33,654 nt of DNA from Octopus bimaculoides (GCF_001194135.2 NC_068984.1:17739204-17772857), one strand, 5' to 3'. Counted from the first letter of the stretch, positions 1-10,543 are shown. Notes: generated by a model from the sequence alone, not told the origin. Numbers and translations are program-made.

Positions 1-260
1 CATTGTCATCGTCATCGTCATCACCATCGTCATCATAATCATCGTCATCATCATCATCCTCATCGTTTCCAACAATAACCACAACAACAACTGCAGCAGC
101 AGCAATGCATTATCAGCAATAATACCGGTTTTTGAAGCTGAAGTGTTGGTGATTGCAATAAACATGACATTGGCAGGAGTGTTTATAGTGTTGGTCATTG
201 TTGGAACGAACTTGACGTTGTTGCTGTTGTTGTCGTCATCATTGTTGTTGTTGTTGTTGC
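1..260. repeat. Mosaic of trinucleotide microsatellites (CAT/CGT, CAA/CAG, GTT)
   Basis: Directly visible; explains the low-complexity ORF 143..337. Confidence 0.9.
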
Positions 261-784
261 TTAGTAGCTATGGTCAGTTGTGTGCCAGCATACGCAAGGC
301 ACAGACTCAGCCAAATGGACACCATGGATCAATGTGATTATCCTGCTCTTTGAATATGCCATTTTTCATGTCTGTTTTTGGAACAATGCTGAACTACATA
401 AATATTCCATGCAATAATTGGTCATGTGGAACGTAGTAGAATAGTCAGCGCATGCAGTAACTGTTTTCGTCATTCTCTTGCCTGAATTTTCTTGTGTGAT
501 CGAAGATTCTGGTCATGGCAACAGTGAAGGTAAATGAAGTGGAGTGATTCAATATATACGAAACAAATCAATATGGAGCAAATAACACAAAGGGATTTTG
601 TGTAAATATTTAAGTTGCATAATTTATCTTCCAAATCTCAATCTGATATCCACTTCACTATTGTCAAGCCAGAAACTACTCCTGGGTAAAGTCTAAAATC
701 TTTTCAGGGTATCTTTACCTCAAAGACTGAATCATCATCATCAGCAACAACAACCCTGGACTCTATTGTCTCAAATCCAAGGAC

Positions 785-1258
785 TCATTGGGCAGGTTAC
801 ACCTGATTTCCATGACATACGAGTGACAGAGATCACAGCTGTTCCCTCAAATGGGATGCCATTCCATTGCAGATTAATCATTCAAAGCCGAGAGGAATGG
901 GCAACATGAAACGAAGTGTTTTGTTCAACTACTCAATGCACCACCCATGTGGGTGAGAAGACTCGACAAGCCAAGTAAAAGCATTTCTTTGGCCGATGCC
1001 AGTGTCACATAAATGGAATCTGTGCTGGTGACATGTAAAAAGCACCCATTTCACTCTTGGAATGATTAGTGTTCGGAAGGGCATCCAACCATAAAACCTA
1101 TACCAAATCAGATTGGAACCTGTTGCAGCTCTCCAGACTACCAGCTTCAGCCAGACCATCTAACCCATACAAGCATGGAAAGGAGACACAAATGATAATG
1201 ATGATGATAATTTTGCAATTGTGAATGCAACACTCTAACCACAAAGCCATGTATCTTC
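785..1258 (-). mobile_element. Degraded tRNA-derived (CORE/V-like) SINE interrupted by a family-A SINE
   Basis: A-box-like TGGCTTTGTGG (reverse complement of 1239-1249). The body resumes near 945 with a degraded match to the GTGTCCTTGAGCAAGACACTT...TTTCACGTTGCTCC motif seen at 31452-31490. Confidence 0.45.
990..1208 (+). mobile_element. Family-A SINE (RTE-type tail, (GAT)n end), diverged
   Basis: Carries the family motifs GGAAGGGCATCCA, AAATCAGATTGG and AACCCAT..AGCATGGAAA followed by GAT repeats, as in the other copies. Confidence 0.8.
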
Positions 1259-1875
1259 CGAAGACTGAATGACCATCGCTGAAATCCTAGGTGCATTATA
1301 CGATTCAGTTTAAGGCAATATGCAGGTAGCTATGTATTTTCTGAGAAAGTGTATAAAATATTTATAGGCGAAGAGAAGATCTGTTAGCTACTTCTGCTGC
1401 GCTAATTGGTTATATCTTTGTTGAAGATCACTGAAAAATGTAAAATCATGGAGAATATGGAAGAAACCATTTGTGGTTACATTTCAGGAATTACTTGACA
1501 GGAACAATATAAAAGTTAGTCACTTTAGAATGCTTTGTTTAAGAGAAATCATTTTGTTTTGCAGCATCAAAAAAATCATTCAGCTCAATGCAAATAGAAT
1601 GAGTAAAAAAAAACTGCAATTGCTAAAACGCTGAATCATGGCTCTCGGATAACCAGTGTGTGAGTAATGGCATCATGTATTGAGCCACAACAAATGAAAA
1701 AAAAATAAATAAAATAAAGGCACAAAAAAAACTACAACATGATAATAAAAAAGAAAAACATTACAGCAGCCTAACAAAAAATGCATTTAAAAGCAGACTA
1801 AACAAACACATGTAGTCTTTCAAATACCTTCACAAGGAAAATATTACAACACTCTTGAAACACATGACAATCCGC

Positions 1876-1902
1876 CCCTCCTCCTCCTCCTCCTCCTCCT
1901 CC

Positions 1903-1938
<36 letters not shown>
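1876..1938. repeat. (CCT)n-(CAT)n microsatellite
   Basis: Directly visible; source of the poly-Ser in ORF 1855..2115. Confidence 0.95.
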
Positions 1939-1939
<1 letters not shown>

Positions 1940-2109
1940 TTGGGGAAAAAGAAACTGAGAGAGAGAGTACCTTTGATGCCTTAGAGTCAGCAGAAGAACT
2001 TGGGTTTTTCTGTGTGGCTGAGGGTTCCCTCCAAATTATTTTAGGTGGCCTACCCTGTTCCGGGGGAATTCAGTTATTTATATATATACAAAGCGCAGCA
2101 CGCCTATCC

Positions 2110-2354
2110 CAGTGACATGTAAAAGGTATCTGTGCTGGTGACACATTAAAGGCACCTGTGCCAGTGACAGGTTAAAGGCATCTGGTGCATTCTATGGAGT
2201 GGTTGGCATTAGGAAGAGCATCCAGCCATAGAAACCAAGCCAAAGCAGACCGAAGCCTGATGCAGCTCTCCAGCTTACCAGTTCCAGTCAAACCATCCAA
2301 AACCCATGCCAGCATGGAAAATGGATGCTAAAGGATGATGATGATGATGATGAT
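2110..2354 (+). mobile_element. Family-A SINE with about three ~26-nt internal units
   Basis: TGTGCTGGTGACAC..AAAGGCACC units, then GGCATTAGGAAGAGCATCCAGCC, AACCCATGCCAGCATGGAAAA and (GAT)n. Confidence 0.85.
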
Positions 2355-3317
2355 CTTTTATTCAATTTATATATCTTTAGTTATATGCTTAAACTGTTGT
2401 TTTTAAATCCTACAGCGTCTATAATAGCATGAGTTAAGGAAAATAACTTAGTTGAACCAATGGCATGAATTTAAATATACAAATTTCAAGGGTGATTTGT
2501 TGAATAACGCACACAAGAAATTCTCAGTTGAGATTACTCATGGTTGTAGAAAAGAAATCAAAACCTAGTGGTCATTATTAGTAATTCTCAAAGAAAGGGG
2601 GAGATAATTTCAAAAGATTGAGAACTACTTTGACAGCAGCCTCACATTTTACACCTTTCACATTTTTGGTGAAATAGGTTACATTAACAAATGTTTTATC
2701 TTGTAACTTTGAAATCTTAAGATCCCCAAATAATAAAATTGAATAAAACAAGAAAGAAACAAATAAACAAATTCACAATGTTATTCTGAAAATACATGGT
2801 ACTGTAAAAATAAGCAAAATGTCCCCAGAACAGAGGATGCCAGGATACGTTATCCACTAGGATAATGTAGTTAGAATGTCAATAAAATAACATTGCTTCT
2901 TAGAAACATGTTCTTTTATTTATTTATTTGTTTGTTTGTTGGCTTATTTATTCATTTTGCTTTCACTGGAGAAGACAAAGAAGAAGATATAAAGTTAGAG
3001 AGAAGACAGTTCACTAGAAATATTAACCAAAAGTAATTTTACTATTTGACAGATCTGTTAGCATCCATTTTGTGTGACTTTCTTGGACTGTGTAGACATT
3101 GTCACTTGTTTCATGTTTCCTTCTTATTTCATGCAGACATCTCTTTGATATTTACACAGAAAACACCAAGTTTCTTTCGTTTTTCTCTTCTTTGTTTTTT
3201 TGGCTATTTGATCCACTGGTTTAGTGGAGTGTTTTTTTTTTAGCTCTTATCTGTTGTCCACGATGTCTAGTGCAGTTCATATATATAGATGATATAAAAG
3301 TAAGCAGTGGGAGATTA

Positions 3318-3341
3318 ATAGATAGATAGATAGGCAGATAG

Positions 3342-3375
<34 letters not shown>

Positions 3376-3399
3376 ATAGGCAGGTAAATAGATAGATAT

Positions 3400-3448
<49 letters not shown>

Positions 3449-3461
3449 CAGGCAGATAGAA

Positions 3462-3552
<91 letters not shown>

Positions 3553-3597
3553 CAGACAGATAGAAAGACAGACAGACAGACAGATTGATAAATAGAT

Positions 3598-3663
<66 letters not shown>

Positions 3664-3690
3664 GTGGAGAGATAGAGAGAGAGAGAGACA
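3318..3690. repeat. (GATA)n/(GACA)n microsatellite
   Basis: Directly visible; source of the SIYL-repeat ORF 3315..3911. Confidence 0.95.
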
Positions 3691-4013
3691 GACAGTGAGG
3701 AAGGCAAGGAGGGGGTAAAGTCTAAAAATGAAATAGAGATGTAGAGAAAGAGATGATGCGAGAGAGAGTGAGACTTGAAAAAAGAGATGTGAAGCATAAG
3801 GAAAGGAAGAAATAACAAAGGTGTTGAAGATGAATAGGAGAGGAAGAGGAAAAGAGGAGAAAGTGAGTGTTGGAGAGAATTAGAAAGTGGAATAAAGGAA
3901 TAGACTGACAAAGAAAAGGAGAGACCTGGAGTAAGAGTGAAAGAAAGGATGGAAGTAAATTAGAAGAGATAAGAGAGATACTGAGTTTAAGAATGTTTAG
4001 AGAGTGAGTGAAA

Positions 4014-4060
<47 letters not shown>

Positions 4061-4335
4061 AGAGAAAGAGGGAAAGAGAGAAGGAGAGAGGGAAAAAAAG
4101 CAGCTAAAAGAGAGGATGAAAAAGGTAAGATGGATCCAGTGAGAAAAAAAGTAATGAGGACCAAGATAGATAGGCAGACTGTTTGTGTGAGAGAGAGAAG
4201 GAGAGAGAGATAAAGAGAGAGAGAGATGGGGAGAGAGATAAAGAGAGAGAGAGATGGGGAGAGAGAAAAAGAAAGAGAGAGAGATGAAGAGAGAGATAAA
4301 GAGAGAGAGAGAGTATGTGTGTGTGTGTGTGCATA
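3691..4335. repeat. GA-rich low-complexity tract with (GA)n and (GT)n
   Basis: Directly visible; source of the overlapping Ser/Leu- and Glu/Arg-rich ORFs. Confidence 0.9.
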
Positions 4336-4466
4336 AAATAAAGGCACAAAGAAATTGAGAGACCGTGTATGTGTGTGTACATGTTGTGCATGACTGTGTC
4401 TGATTATGTTTCCAAATTTTTCTTTGAGACATACCCTTGGAATAAACATTCCCTCCTGTTACACCA

Positions 4467-4597
4467 AATTCTGCCAGATCAGATTGGAGTTTGGTGCAGC
4501 CTTCTGGCTTGCCAGTCCTCAATCAAACCATCCAACCCATGCCAGCATGGAAAGTGGACGTTAAATGATGATGATGATGATGATGATGACGATGATG
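4467..4597 (+). mobile_element. Family-A SINE, 5'-truncated
   Basis: CTGCCAGATCAGATTGGAG...AACCCATGCCAGCATGGAAAGTGGACGTTAAA(TGA)n. Confidence 0.9.
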
Positions 4598-4642
4598 AAC
4601 TTGTACCTTGAGGGGAAGCCCTGATACATCTTCACATCCCAT

Positions 4643-4674
<32 letters not shown>

Positions 4675-4842
4675 CTCTGACCAAGGTAACCATGTAACTA
4701 TCTCTTCTACAGCAAGAAATCTCTTTCTGCCCTTCTATTGTAGTTTAACCTCTCGTCAACCAACACAAAGCCACCTCTCTCAATACTACAGCCCCCTCTC
4801 AGTTGTGGGGCCTTTGTGCTTTGCATATTACTTGGTAACCTC

Positions 4843-5031
4843 ACTGGTACTGGTGTGCCATGAAAAAAGTACCCACAGGCTGGGCATCCAAGCATAGGAA
4901 ACATACCAAAGCAGACAGAAGAATTTGGCACAGTGATTTGGCTAGCCAGCCCCTATCAAACGATCTAACCCATGCCAGCATGGAAAATAGAAATTATGTG
5001 ATGATGATGATGGTGATGGTGATGGTGATGA
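4843..5031 (+). mobile_element. Family-A-related SINE, diverged
   Basis: GGGCATCCAAGC and AACCCATGCCAGCATGGAAAA with a GAT/GGT tail. Confidence 0.7.
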
Positions 5032-6154
5032 TAAGAACGTTTTTTTAGCAGTTGTTGATTCATCATGAAGAAGACTACTTGAAATTTTATAAATACTTAA
5101 ATTTTGATAGCCTACTTTTGTCTGTGATAAAGAAATATTAATATTCTAAGTACAGATTAGATTAATCTTGGTCTAATAAATATTTTAAATTTCAGTACTG
5201 ATAAACCATCTTCAATTATGTATGCAGTATAAATCGCCAAGAAAAGAATGGACTTAGAGGATTAAGCCTGAATCCAGAATGTAATCTTAAGTAATTATAT
5301 AAAGTCAGTGAGAAGCGTAGGCTTGATTTTTGTCTGGTAATCACATGCCATATTTATTTGTATATAAGTGACACTCATGTGTAAGCTGCACTCATAAGTT
5401 GCACTCATATGTAAGCCACACCCTTAATTTAGTGTTAAATCTTGGTACAAAATCTGCTGATATTAGGGGTTGCGTTCTATACCTTGACCTGAGCATAGAA
5501 CAGGGCTCACCCCTTTGAGCTAGGAAGTGAATGAAATGCCTGATGTGTGTCTTGTAGCTACCCAACTCCTAAAGATAAAATGGAGAAAAGGCCTGGGTAG
5601 ATGTATACGGGTATATGTATATGTATATGGGTATATTTACAAAATCTTTATCCTTCATGGATTTTACTTTCATCTGAAATATTGGTTCCTCAATTTGAGA
5701 ATTCAGGAACTGAAACTGCAGTCTGAATGGTTCTGTAAACTTCTTACCTTTGTTTTTTGGATGTGTACTCAGAGACTTGTTTTATGAGTCAACTTATTGA
5801 CCATCTCGGGTCAAGATTGGTTCAACTGAGATAACCCACAAAATATCTTTTGTTTGCTGAGAACTAGTTAGCTTGGAAATTGTTATAAATATGGAACTCC
5901 AACAGAATTCTTCCTCACTCTCATTCTTACCTGTTCTCTCCCCACTTTTGACACCTGTAGCATGCCTGCTTTCTTTCCTCAAATCTGTGTCTCTCTCTCT
6001 TTGCTGGGTGCTTGCTGCAGAGGTGACATGCTTCTCTTACCCTTTCTACTTAACAGCTTTCAAAGAGGTCAATTCTCTTACTTTCCCTTTTACATTTTCC
6101 TTCAGACACATAGTTGTAAATAGCACTGATTATGATGGACAACAAAACCAGTCT

Positions 6155-6639
6155 TTATTTATTAGTTTCAAATTTTGATACAAGGCCAACATCATCATCA
6201 TTATCATCGTTTAACGTCCACTTTCCATGCTAGCATGGGTTGGACGATTTGACTGAGGACTGGTGAACCAGATGGCTACACCAGGCTCCAATCTGATTTG
6301 GCAGAGTTTCTACAACTGGATTCCCTTCCTAACACCAACCACTCCGAGAGTGTAGTGGGTGCTTTTACATGCCACCGGCACGAAGGCCAGTCAGGAGGTA
6401 CTGGCAACGGCCACGCTCGAAATGGTGTATTTTACGTGCCACCTGCAAAGGGGCCAGTTTTGGAGAAAACTGTAAGTGAATTACATCGACCCCAGTGGTC
6501 AACTGGTACTTATTTTATCAATCTTGAAAGGATAAAAAAGTTGTCCTCCTGTTGCATTTGAATTCAGAAGGTAAAAATGCTGCAAATGCTGCTAAGTATT
6601 TAGTCAGGTGCAATAACACACCTGCCAGCCTGCTACCTT
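6155..6639 (-). mobile_element. tRNA-derived SINE with Nin/Deu-like central domain, interrupted by a family-A SINE
   Basis: Reverse complement of GATAAAATAAGTACCAGTTGACCACTGGGGTCGATGTAAT at about 6480-6520; degraded head near 6620-6639; tail GGCCTTGT..AAATTTGAAAC near 6165-6189. Confidence 0.7.
6190..6458 (-). mobile_element. Family-A SINE, well preserved
   Basis: (CAT)n-CGTTTAACGTCCACTTTCCATGCTAGCATGGGTTGGACG..., the reverse complement of the family 3' end. Confidence 0.92.
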
Positions 6640-6821
6640 GATGTTGAAGTAAAAAGGTAAATGTAAACCCTGGATTCTGTAACTTAAACCACAGGATACT
6701 AGCAGACTTTCTATATTCACAACTTGAAGCAGTTGTGTATCTTGTAATGGTAAATAAACACCAATTTAACTATTATTTATTTCTTCTATCAATTATACCA
6801 CAGATTTTAAAATAGTGTCAC

Positions 6822-7150
6822 CTTACTGGCACATATGCCGGTGGCACGTGAAAATCAGCATTCGGGCATGATTGTTGTCAGTGCCGCTGAACTGGCTCCC
6901 ATGCAGGTAGCATGTAAAAACACCTTTTGAGCGTGGTCGTAACCAGAACTGCCTGACTGGCCTTTGTGCTGGTGGCACATAAAAAGCACCCACTACACTC
7001 TCGGAGTGGTTGGTGTTAGGAAGGGCATCCAGCTGTAGAAACTTTGCCAGATCAGATTGAGCTTGGTGCAGCCTCTGGCTCACCAGTCCTCAGTCAAACC
7101 ATCCAACCCATGCCAGCATGGAAAGCGGATGTTAAACGATGAATGATGAA
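6822..7150 (+). mobile_element. Family-A SINE with ~65-bp internal units
   Basis: Same layout as 20931-21408; ends GCATGGAAAGCGGATGTTAAACGATGAATGATGAA. Confidence 0.92.
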
Positions 7151-7345
7151 CATCAGTTTGTTACATCCATATAAGTTTTTGCCCAGTATTTTCAGTTAAA
7201 ATCAAGTATTCACGAGTTAATATGCTATACTTGGTCTACTTTGAGACGAAGAAATTTTCACCTCTTCCCCAATACAAGGAAATCTTTTTTCTTTTTTCCT
7301 GTGCCAGAGCTAAAAACCCCTGTTCATGATAAAACATCTCAAAAT

Positions 7346-7512
7346 ATTTATTTCTTTATTGTCCACAGGGGACTAAACATAGAGGGGACAAACAAGGACA
7401 GACAAAGGGATTAAGTTGATTACATCGACCCCAGTGCGTAACTGGTACTTAATTTATCGACCCCAAAAGGATGAAAGGCAAAATCGACCTCGGCGGAATT
7501 TGAACTCAGAAC
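7346..7512 (-). mobile_element. Nin/Deu-domain SINE, 5'-truncated and well preserved
   Basis: Reverse complement reads GTTCTGAGTTCAAATTCCGCCGAGGTCGATTTTGCCTTTCATCCTTTTGGGGTCGATAAATTAAGTACCAG. TAT lies at both junctions. Confidence 0.85.
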
Positions 7513-7575
7513 ATAATGTTTCTGCCAACTCATGGCCTTTATCTAAAAACATTGTACATATTTGGATACCACTTT

Positions 7576-7612
7576 TGGTTGTATTTCCAAAACTGTTTTG
7601 GAAATACAACCA
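7576..7612. repeat. Perfect 37-bp palindrome (18-bp arms, 1-nt centre)
   Basis: TGGTTGTATTTCCAAAAC-T-GTTTTGGAAATACAACCA. Confidence 0.97.
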
Positions 7613-7648
7613 GCATAATTCCTGTTTTCCTTTTGCAACTATTGCATC

Positions 7649-7709
7649 CTGTCAAACTGTCCAACCCATGCCAGCATGGAAGATGGACATTAGAAAAAAT
7701 GATGATGAT
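7649..7709 (+). mobile_element. Family-A SINE 3' tail only
   Basis: CTGTCAAACTGTCCAACCCATGCCAGCATGGAAGATGGAC..(GAT)3. Confidence 0.85.
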
Positions 7710-7904
7710 ATTGCCAGGTGCGCACGCCAATCATTCTCATCCAGTTAATGGTGCAATGGGTTCCTTTATTGTTTTTAAAATTTTCCTCATTCCTTCCTCA
7801 GTTCCAACACCTAAATCAAAATTTTTCCATGGGACAATCAACAAATCTTCTAGTGAAGTATATTTGTTAGGTATTGGTATTCTGATTTTATGTCTTTTAT
7901 TTTT

Positions 7905-8690
7905 ATGGAGTTCCCAATGTGTACCGCTTCGTTTGAAAACAACTCCATATAGTTCTTTGCGTAAAATCAGTATCAATCAACATTATACCTGGATTTTTCT
8001 GTTTAATTACAATTGCCAAGCCTCCCTTGGTGCTCCGTATAAACCGCAACACAAGAATCCCATTAAATCTCAACCATTTCCAAATTCTCAGACAAGATTT
8101 GAAAAATATCATCTCTAGTAGGTTCGTCAAATTCCTGGCAAAATAGAAACCATGTGAATATTTTGTTGTTGTGAATGAATTGATAGAGGCAGCCAGCTGT
8201 GCATTTTCACTAATGTCAGTCAATACATCAACACGAATAGCAAATTTAGAATTCTTTATACTTTCAAAAAAACACTTCTCAATATTAGCTGATACATCAG
8301 TTATCCTTCTCTGTATTGTATTCTCAGACAAAACAATTTTCATAATTTTTTGCTCAGCATCATCACCACACAATGAAAATGCTTGCAGGCTGAATCAATT
8401 CTTCTGCTATTGTATATGGTTTTTTGTCTATTGAGGAATCAATTCAGCCACTTGCTAAGACACAATCTGCATATTACCTGAGACTGAAACTTGTTTTTCT
8501 ACTGTCCAAAATGTCTTTCAAAATAATGAACGTCTTTGTTTGTCAGATGTTCGTATTTCTATCACAGACTCTCTTTTTGTCTTGCTTGGACCTGTATTGG
8601 AAATGGATAACTACACTCAACAGCTTAAACATATTCACTTGTTCATATTTTCATCTTCTGTTCATGAGAATTCAAGATTTTTGTAGTTAC
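7905..8690 (-). mobile_element. hAT (Buster/Charlie, ZBED5/ZBED8-like) transposase relic
   Basis: Frameshifted peptides QVAELI, KKPYTIAEELIQPA, VLSENTIQRRITDVS, FAIRVDVLTDIS (cf. FALQxDESTD), WDSCVAVYT and KQKNP. TIR-like GTTCCCAA at 7910-7917. Confidence 0.8.
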
Positions 8691-9134
8691 CCATTGATCC
8701 ATTCATGCATTTTCATCACCCACTATTCCTGGAAGTCTTCTAGCAGCAGAGTCCTCAGGCGCTTTTTCTACAGGGTCTTATCAGAAGCAACTGTCATTAC
8801 TCTTTCCTGTTGGATTCTCATGCATGACCAACTGAAACTATGAATATTATCCAATCATCATGTTCTTGATCTACCCCGAGGCCTCGTCCTCTTTGTAGGC
8901 TCAGCTTGAAGAATTTGTCTTGTGATCTTTTCCTGTAGCATTCTTACCACTTTTCTGTAATACTAGAGCTATGATCTCCCAATGCAAAGAAGTAAAAGCT
9001 TAACCTTGTGAGACTCCCTGATCTCTGTTTTATGCACCCTGTTATGTAACATTACTCCAGAGAACCTTCAAAGGAATCCCATTTCAGCCCCTTCTATTTG
9101 CAGTTGTACTCTTCTGGTCATTGCTCAACATTCA
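8690..9134 (-). mobile_element. RTE-clade (Expander/Rex3-like) LINE 3' fragment, pseudogenised
   Basis: Translation MTRRVQLQIEGAEMGFL*RFSGVMLHNRVHKTEIRES...RPRGRSRT matches the RTE C-terminus pattern IQAAEMxFLRR...RPRGRPRTRW. Multiple stops. Confidence 0.88.
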
Positions 9135-9470
9135 TCATCATCATCATCATCGTTTAACGTCCGCTTTCCATGCTAGCATGGGTTGGACGATTTGACTGAG
9201 GGCTGGCGAACCGGATGGCTGCACCAGGCTCCCATCTGATCTGGCAGAGTTTCTACAGCTGGATGCCCTTCCTAATGCCAACCACTCCGAGAGTATAGTG
9301 GGTGCTTTTACGTGCCACCGGCACGAGGGCCAGNNNNNNNNNNTGTGCCACCGGCACGAGGGCCATCCACGCGGTACTGGCAATGGCCATGCTCAAAATG
9401 GTGTATTTTACGTGCCACCTGCACAGGAGCCTGTCCAGTGGCACTGGCAACAACCTTGCTCGAATGACTT
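9131..9470 (-). mobile_element. Family-A SINE, well preserved (10-N gap with artefactual overlap at 9334-9343)
   Basis: (CAT)n-CGTTTAACGTCCGCTTTCCATGCTAGCATGG...GGATGCCCTTCCTAATGCCAACC. Confidence 0.92.
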
Positions 9471-9922
9471 TAAATGAAGATTGGCACAAAAACTAATTTG
9501 AAGATAACAAGTTTGACTTTTTTTACCAACTTCTCTTCTTCTGAAACATGAATGCTAAAATTGTCAAGTTACAATCTCAACACCTGCAATTTTAGCATCC
9601 ATTGGTTATCAACAAAGTTTAATTTTTTGGAAGGTATGCTTTCATTTACCAATTGCTTAAATTTCAATAGCTTGTCTTCAGCGCTCTGTTCTATTATTGG
9701 TTCTAATTCACTTCATGAACTCGAATCCTCTTCAGCATCATTTGTTTTGGAGAAACATTTATCTATGATCCATGAAAATGGGAAAAAAAAAATTATTTTA
9801 TTTCTAATACTAAACATAAATTTTGGTGAATAAATGTGATTTTCTTTGAATCTTCCTGTGCCACAGTTGTCATCTTTTCACACCGCATCAGTATGTGACT
9901 CATTGCCCCCTTTGGGAGCCAT
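9470..9922 (-). pseudogene. Unidentified degraded reading frame (MAPKGG...), possibly the 5' part of the 5927-7904 relic
   Basis: 150 codons from ATG (context ACAATGG) with 3 internal stops and no frameshift. Identity unknown. Confidence 0.35.
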
Positions 9923-10460
9923 TGTATTATATAAAGAGAACATACTACACAAACAAACAAACAAACACACACACACGCACGCGTGCGCACACACAAACAT
10001 TTGTGCATACGAGGAGAAATGATAATAAGGAAGACATTATTTTATATCAGCTCCTACTTTACTGAACTGATAACAATTCTCATACACATGTGATATTGTC
10101 TGCAAATCATTGATATATCTAAATGGAAAGCAATGATGGCTAAAACATAAAAGCACCATAGAACATGATATCGCAGAAGGACTTTTTTTTCTTTCAGAAA
10201 ATAGCCAGAAGAGACATATTACCAGTTTAAAATGGGGGAAAGTAAAAGTTCCAATTACAAGTGCAATGTGACTGAAATACGATTCCTTTGTCTATTTTTG
10301 TTTTTTCTTTTTGGGGTTTTGTTGATTGGTTGTTTTTTTTATAAATGTTCAGAGTTTTGCATTTAAAAAACAAAACAAAACAAAACAATATAGATGTGAA
10401 ATGTTTTCACATCCATCCAACATTAGACAACATGGCTGCTAAGATAAAAGTAAATGTGCG

Positions 10461-10511
10461 TTACTACTACTACTACTACTACCACCACCACCACCACCAC
10501 CCACCAACACC

Positions 10512-10543
<32 letters not shown>

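Larger units (their letters stand above)
5927..7904 (-). pseudogene. Unidentified fossil intronless reading frame split by four SINE insertions
   Basis: Hand translation of the unique segments 7904-7710, 7648-7513, 7345-7151, 6821-6640 and 6154-5927 gives about 310 codons with 7 internal stops. The segments join in frame at the natural SINE boundaries. I did not recognise a homologue. Confidence 0.55.

Noticed and set aside
2580-2629. 50-bp element with 12-bp hAT-like inverted ends
   Set aside because: No matching 8-bp TSD and too short to classify.
3315-4522. SIYL- and SL-repeat ORFs (likewise 32570-33348)
   Set aside because: GATA and GA microsatellite translations.
5040-5400. Further extension of the fossil ORF
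   Set aside because: Stop density in all minus-strand frames I checked approaches background, so it is not supportable.
7820-7845. FDLGVGT as a SAM-binding methyltransferase motif I
   Set aside because: A single short motif lacking the final Gly is not enough to assign a function.
9313-9362. Short direct repeats either side of 10-N gaps (also 14857-14948 and 26746-26890)
   Set aside because: Identical sequence flanking a fixed-size gap is an unmerged contig overlap, not biology.
10198-10241. Possible small exon after a strong acceptor (TTTTTTTTCTTTCAG), reading NSQKRHITSLKWGK
   Set aside because: Weak donor, no recognisable homology, no neighbouring exons; such sites are common by chance.
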